From: Minisyncoccia bacterium | Lineage (GTDB): Bacteria > Patescibacteriota > Minisyncoccia > Phycocordibacterales > Zambryskibacteraceae | Assembly (NCBI GenBank): GCA_041742965.1 | Contig: JBGTNQ010000004.1 | Coordinates: forward strand, 716-64,715 | DNA: 64,000 nucleotides | Direction: 5' to 3' | Shown here: piece by piece, positions 59,549 through 64,000 of the stretch | Numbering within the stretch: the stretch's first letter is position 1 | Layout: each line of letters opens with the position of its first letter | Made by a program: the position numbers and the translations under genes | The notes under the pieces: model-generated | What the model was told of the DNA's origin: nothing | The model's database searches: none | What the model saw: only the letters and a program-made list of their open reading frames with translations

Positions 59549-59623
59549 TTGACATAAAATCTGTATTTGCTATAATTAAGGAGTGAGTGTATTAGTTCGC
59601 CCAAAAGGCGGACTCGTTTTTTT
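59549..59623 (+). promoter_or_regulatory. nusA-operon promoter and leader attenuator-like hairpin
   Basis: TTGACA-N16-TATAAT, then gttcgcc-caaaa-ggcggac followed by a T run. Confidence 0.55.
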
Positions 59624-59661
59624 AGAGAAATGTAAGAAGTAAAACGACTATACATTTCCTA

Positions 59662-59944
59662 ACCCCGTGAAATAACTTTTAAATCTTCCCTATGTTCTAT
59701 ACGTATGTACTTCGATCTAAAAAAGATTCAAAGTTGTACATTGGTTGCACAAAAGATTTAAAAGTTAGATTTGAGGAACATAACGCTGGGTATTCTTCAG
59801 CAACAAGTAAAAGAGGTCCGTTTCAACTTGTTTATTACGAAGCTTGTTGTGACAAGAAAGACGCGTTGCGACGGGAGAGATATCTGAAAACTACCTATGG
59901 TGGAAGATATCTCAAAAATCGCCTCAAATCTTATTTCACAGGGT
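59662..59944 (+). mobile_element. candidate inverted-repeat-bounded GIY-YIG mini-element
   Basis: ACCCCGTGAAATAA (59662-59675) and TTATTTCACAGGGT (59931-59944), 13/14 complementary, tightly bracketing the nuclease ORF. Confidence 0.5.
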
Positions 59945-59958
59945 ACTCAATTTTATAA
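59692..59958 (+). CDS. small GIY-YIG nuclease (UPF0213/Slx1-like)
   Basis: FYTYVLRS..LYIGCT.DL..R..EHNAG..T....P..LVYYE...A.RRE..LK. Confidence 0.92.
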   Translation: MFYTYVLRSKKDSKLYIGCTKDLKVRFEEHNAGYSSATSKRGPFQLVYYEACCDKKDALRRERYLKTTYGGRYLKNRLKSYFTGYSIL

Positions 59959-59984
59959 TTCATTATCATTCATTAAAAATTGGT

Positions 59985-61217
59985 ATGTTTGACCTAAAAG
60001 TAATAAATTCCGTTCTTGACCAGATGGAACAAGAGCGAGGAATACCAAAAGAAAAAATTATAGAGGCCATAGAGATGGCCCTAGCAACTGCATATAAGAA
60101 AGAATACGGTAAACGCGGACAAATAGTGCGTGCCAAATTTGATATAAATACCGGAAAAACTGAATTTTATCAGGTGAAGATTGTGGTTGATGATTCACGA
60201 GTTATCATCACAGAAAATGATGATGACTTTGTGCGTGAAGAAGGAGACGAGAGAATTTTCTTCAACTCCGAACATCATATTCTCATAGAAGACGCTCAAA
60301 AAATAAAGCGTGATGCTGAACTGGATGAAGAAGTTGTATTCCCATTAGAAAACAAGAGCGACTTCGGACGCATTGCATCACAAACCGCGAAGCAAGTCAT
60401 AATGCAAAAAATCCGTGAAGCAGAAAAAGATTCAGTGATGGGAGAATTCGGAAGTCGAGAGGGAGACATTGTCACTGGAACAGTACAGAGAGTGGAAAGA
60501 GGAAATATTTTTGTAGATATGGGCAGAGCAACCGGCCTTCTGCCATACGAAGAACAAATACCTGGAGAAAGATTTGCCCAAGGAGAAAGAGTGCGCGCAT
60601 ACTTATATCGCGTAGAAGAAACTCCAAAAGGAATATTCCTCCGTCTCTCTCGTTCTCATCCAAAGTTTTTGGAAAAACTATTTATGCAAGAAGCTCCAGA
60701 AGTTGCTAATGGAATGGTGGAAATAAAAGCTGTCGCCCGTGAAGCGGGAAACAGAAGTAAGGTCGCTGTATTTTCAAAAGACGAGCACATTGACCCAGTG
60801 GGTTCTATGGTAGGACAGCGTGGTGTCAGGGTCTCTACGGTAACGAGTGAGCTCGGCGGAGAAAAGATAGACATAATAGAGTGGTCATCTGACTCAAAAA
60901 AGTTTATTGAAGACGCACTCTCTCCGGCAAAAGTTCTCTCTGTAGAGATTGACGAAGAAAACAAACAAGCACATATAAAAGTGTCTGAAGATCAACAGTC
61001 TCTAGCTATCGGTCGCGGAGGACAAAATGTCCGGCTGGCAGCAAAACTTACCGGTTGGAAAATAGACATTCAGTCTGTTGGCGGAGAAAACCTAGCAGAG
61101 GCCGAGGCTCTACCAGACGAAGTGAAACCTGAAGAAAAACCAATTGAAAAAGTTTCAGAAGAAACTGAAGCCATATCTGACGCGATCTCTACCCCAGACG
61201 AATCATCAGAAAAATAA
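59985..61217 (+). CDS. nusA: transcription termination/antitermination factor NusA
   Basis: FGRIASQTAKQV, S1 and KH domains, AIGRGGQNVRLAAKLTGWKIDI. Confidence 0.97.
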   Translation: MFDLKVINSVLDQMEQERGIPKEKIIEAIEMALATAYKKEYGKRGQIVRAKFDINTGKTEFYQVKIVVDDSRVIITENDDDFVREEGDERIFFNSEHHILIEDAQKIKRDAELDEEVVFPLENKSDFGRIASQTAKQVIMQKIREAEKDSVMGEFGSREGDIVTGTVQRVERGNIFVDMGRATGLLPYEEQIPGERFAQGERVRAYLYRVEETPKGIFLRLSRSHPKFLEKLFMQEAPEVANGMVEIKAVAREAGNRSKVAVFSKDEHIDPVGSMVGQRGVRVSTVTSELGGEKIDIIEWSSDSKKFIEDALSPAKVLSVEIDEENKQAHIKVSEDQQSLAIGRGGQNVRLAAKLTGWKIDIQSVGGENLAEAEALPDEVKPEEKPIEKVSEETEAISDAISTPDESSEK

Positions 61218-61352
61218 AAGCGGTATTAATCCTTATATTAGCTCCTCGGCTCGGAAATGAAAAAATTAGAATTTTCCCATCCCTCTCGCTCTACGTCGCT
61301 AATAAAACTCCAAAGTGCTCGTGCTTAATTAATAATTAACTTCTAAAACAGA

Positions 61353-61877
61353 ATGAATTTGTGGCATGGAATAGAACCCGGAACAATTGATGCGATAAAT
61401 GTTGTCGTAGAAATCAACAAGGGTTCAAAAAATAAATACGAGATTGATAAAAAAACAGGACTCATAGCACTGGATAGGGTTATGCATTCTACCCAAGACT
61501 ATCCGTTTGACTATGGATTCATCCCACAAACACTTTGGAAGGATGAAGATCCAATAGATGTAGTCATACTTTCAACATATCCTTTTGTACCTGGAGTGTT
61601 GGTGAAGGTTCGCCCTGTAGCAATTATGGATATGGTAGACGCAGGAATGCACGATGACAAGGTTATCGCCGTGCCGGTAGAGGACCCTCGCTGGGACCAT
61701 GTGGTGAACTTGGATAATATAAATAAACACACCCTGAAAGAAATAGAACATTTTTTTAGCACATATAAGAAACTGCAAAACAAAGATGTTCTGATTGCCG
61801 GATTTAAAGGGAGAAAAGAGGCGGAAAAGTGTTTCATAGAGGGCCAGAAATTATATAAGGAAAAATACGGGAAGTAG
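61353..61877 (+). CDS. ppa: inorganic pyrophosphatase family I
   Basis: NKYEIDK, YPFDYGFIPQT, DEDPID, DDKVIAV. Confidence 0.95.
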   Translation: MNLWHGIEPGTIDAINVVVEINKGSKNKYEIDKKTGLIALDRVMHSTQDYPFDYGFIPQTLWKDEDPIDVVILSTYPFVPGVLVKVRPVAIMDMVDAGMHDDKVIAVPVEDPRWDHVVNLDNINKHTLKEIEHFFSTYKKLQNKDVLIAGFKGRKEAEKCFIEGQKLYKEKYGK

Positions 61878-61915
61878 AAAAACACCCCCTCCGCCTAGGC
61901 GGAGGGGGTGTTTTT
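61878..61915 (+). terminator. terminator with CCGCCTAGGCGG apex
   Basis: aaaaacaccccctccgcc-ta-ggcggagggggtgttttt. Confidence 0.8.
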
Positions 61916-62010
61916 TATAGTAGAATAAATACAGATGTAATAAGAATACACCTTATTCGTCTCAAAAAATGTGCTCGGTTTATAAATTAAATAATCAATA
62001 AAATATAGTT

Positions 62011-62634
62011 ATGAAAATCACTACTGGAATATTGTCACTTTTGTTTGTCTTTGGCCTCGCGCAGAATACTTTTGCTCAAGAAACATCTGTAGATGTTAAT
62101 GCTGAAGTTAGAGCAAATATAGGTCTTGAGGAAAGAAACCCCGAGAGACAGGAACAAATAGAAGAGAGACGAGACCAAATGCAGGAAAATAGAGAAACTA
62201 TGCAGGAAAGACGAAGTGAGAGCGCGTCTGCGCGGATGGAAAATATGAAAATACGAATCAGTGCCCACGCAGAGTGGATGGTGAAACGTCTAAACGCAGC
62301 TGTAGAGCGACTTGAATTACTAACTGCCCGTATTGAATCTAGAATAGATAAAATAGAAGAAGATGGAGGAGACACCACAGAAGCAGCTAGCTTTGTGACA
62401 AAGGCTAAAGTAAGTATTGAATCAGCCAAAGATGGAATAGCTGATATTGGCGGGGCTATAGAGTTGGCGCTCTCAAAAGATGAGCTTCGTGGCGCCTTCA
62501 CAGACCTTCGTACCCTTATTCAATCTATAAGTTCTGACCTCAGAGATGCCCATAGAGCACTAATACAAGCAGTGACAAACCTTAAGGGTCTTAGAATTGG
62601 GGTATCCACAAATACTGAAGTTGAGGTAGAATAA
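62011..62634 (+). CDS. secreted coiled-coil hypothetical protein
   Basis: Signal peptide (TFA|QE), long charged helical region. Confidence 0.75.
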   Translation: MKITTGILSLLFVFGLAQNTFAQETSVDVNAEVRANIGLEERNPERQEQIEERRDQMQENRETMQERRSESASARMENMKIRISAHAEWMVKRLNAAVERLELLTARIESRIDKIEEDGGDTTEAASFVTKAKVSIESAKDGIADIGGAIELALSKDELRGAFTDLRTLIQSISSDLRDAHRALIQAVTNLKGLRIGVSTNTEVEVE

Positions 62635-62662
62635 GGTAACTAATAATTAATCTAAAGAATAT

Positions 62663-63007
62663 ATGGAACCAACAGGAGAACAAAACGCGGTGTCACCAGC
62701 TCCACAAAATGACAAGTCTGCTGGACCAGCTATAGGAATAATCATTATAATCCTCGTAGTGATGTTGGGTGGCCTGTACTTCTGGAGTCAAAAAACAGAG
62801 GTCAAAAGAATGAATGAAATAGAAAACGCCCAAATACAGGAAGAATCTATGAGAGCGCAAGCTGAATTGGAAATGTTGCAAACACAAGGTTCTGGAGATG
62901 ATCTAGATTCAATTGAGGCAGATCTAAATAATACAGACTTTTCAAACCTCGGTTCTGAAATAGATAACATTGAAGCGGAAAGCTCAGGAGAAGCTCAGCT
63001 GGAATAG
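62663..63007 (+). CDS. hypothetical single-TM protein with acidic tail
   Basis: GPAIGIIIIILVVMLGGLYFW, DDLDSIEADL. Confidence 0.75.
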   Translation: MEPTGEQNAVSPAPQNDKSAGPAIGIIIIILVVMLGGLYFWSQKTEVKRMNEIENAQIQEESMRAQAELEMLQTQGSGDDLDSIEADLNNTDFSNLGSEIDNIEAESSGEAQLE

Positions 63008-63040
63008 AGAAAATATAGAAACGATAAAAGAATTTAATTC

Positions 63041-63080
63041 AAAGGCAACCCCTCCGCTCACGGGCGGAGGGGTTGCCTTT
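63041..63080 (+). terminator. terminator with CCGC..GCGG apex
   Basis: aaaggcaacccctccgct-cac-gggcggaggggttgccttt. Confidence 0.75.
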
Positions 63081-63128
63081 TGTTTCACCTTTCTTTAGAC
63101 TGGTGAAATTACACCTAAACTCAAAAAA

Positions 63129-64000
63129 ATGAAAAAATATTTCTCCCTCTCCAAAACAGAGAAGCTTCCCGATTCTCAAATCTTACTTGAAGGAGAGATA
63201 GAATATGAGCTTCTTTCAAAATACAGAAGCGAGGTGATAAAAGAGCTAGGTAAAAATGCTGAACTACCCGGATTTCGCAAGGGCCATGTTCCAGAAAATA
63301 TTCTCGTAGAAAGAATGGGTGAAATGCACATACTAGGAGAGGCTAGTGAAAAAGCCCTAAACGAAGTCTATCCGAAAATTATTGAGGGTGAAAAACTTTT
63401 CGTCATCGGTAACCCAGAAGTTAAAATAACCAAACTTGCACCAAATAATCCAATGGGTTTTTCCATCACAGTATCAGTAATTCCAGAATTAAAACTTCCA
63501 TCATACAAAAAAATTGCAGGTGGAGTAAGCCCCGAAAAAGTCTCCCCTGTTACAGAAAAAGAAATAGATGATGTGATAACAGAAATCAGAAAAAATTATG
63601 CGCACATGGAAATGCATAAAAACAATGATTCAAATAATCACACTCGCGGAGAAATAACGGAAAAAGATTTGCCGGAAGTAAACGATGAATTTGTAAAAAA
63701 GATTGGACCATTCACTGATGTAAAAAACTTTCGTGAAAAGGTAGAAGAAAATCTGACAAAAGAAAAACAAGTCCGCGGAAGAGAGAAAAGACGCACAGAA
63801 ATCCTCGAAGGAATAATGAAAGAGACAGAAGTGGTGGTGCCGAAAATTCTCATAGAAAATGAATTGCAAAAAATGCTTGCTCAATTTCAAGACGATGTAT
63901 CCAGAGCTGGTGCATCATTTGAAGAATATTTAAAACAAGTAAATAAAACTGAAGAAGATATCAAAAAGGACTGGACAGAAACTGCTACCAAAAAAGCAAA
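63129..64000 (+). CDS. tig: trigger factor (3' end outside window; not in ORF track)
   Basis: Translated by hand: ELPGFRKGHVP ribosome-binding signature, then LPEVNDEFVKKIG and VPKILIENE C-domain motifs. Confidence 0.92.
   Translation, partial: MKKYFSLSKTEKLPDSQILLEGEIEYELLSKYRSEVIKELGKNAELPGFRKGHVPENILVERMGEMHILGEASEKALNEVYPKIIEGEKLFVIGNPEVKITKLAPNNPMGFSITVSVIPELKLPSYKKIAGGVSPEKVSPVTEKEIDDVITEIRKNYAHMEMHKNNDSNNHTRGEITEKDLPEVNDEFVKKIGPFTDVKNFREKVEENLTKEKQVRGREKRRTEILEGIMKETEVVVPKILIENELQKMLAQFQDDVSRAGASFEEYLKQVNKTEEDIKKDWTETATKKA

Noticed and set aside
59655-59950. Target-site duplication flanking the GIY-YIG inverted repeats
   Set aside because: The flanks (ttccta / actcaa) show no convincing direct repeat, so a classical DDE insertion sequence is not supported.
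1-64000. Recoded TGA (genetic code 25)
   Set aside because: Conserved genes translate fully under code 11, and map ends in TGA at the expected position.

Overview
Chromosomal segment of a small-genome bacterium, most likely Patescibacteria/CPR (Parcubacteria-like). This is an inference from the missing rpmD (uL30) between rpsE and rplO, the type IV pilus plus split comEC, trigger factor without its PPIase domain, and many apparently leaderless genes. It uses genetic code 11. Core content: partial tRNA-Ser(ACT), recG, tRNA-Ile(TAT), ftsH, smpB-ssrA, infC-rpmI-rplT, a probable 6S RNA, the str/S10/spc clusters (rpsL to map) followed by ndk, rpmB, sod, comEC halves, rnhA, recJ, pgk, tpiA, a pilB-pilC-pilin cluster with a PA14/FN3 adhesin, nusA, ppa and partial tig. 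The most interesting layer is non-coding or accessory. (1) A small GIY-YIG nuclease gene bounded by 14-bp inverted repeats sits inside the nusA leader. (2) A dispersed family of hairpins has locus-specific arms and a conserved tandem-GA tip; it occurs behind tRNAs and tmRNA, over the rplC start, in a terminator apex, in-frame in recG and next to the GIY-YIG gene. Together (1) and (2) suggest a REP-like mobile repeat system. (3) Miniature elements bounded by tRNA 3'-end duplications. (4) Heptamer arrays, some in-frame in rnhA. (5) Self-contained orphan single-gene cassettes with their own Shine-Dalgarno and terminator. (6) Two rare anticodons. No CRISPR array, integrase, transposase or reverse transcriptase was recognised.
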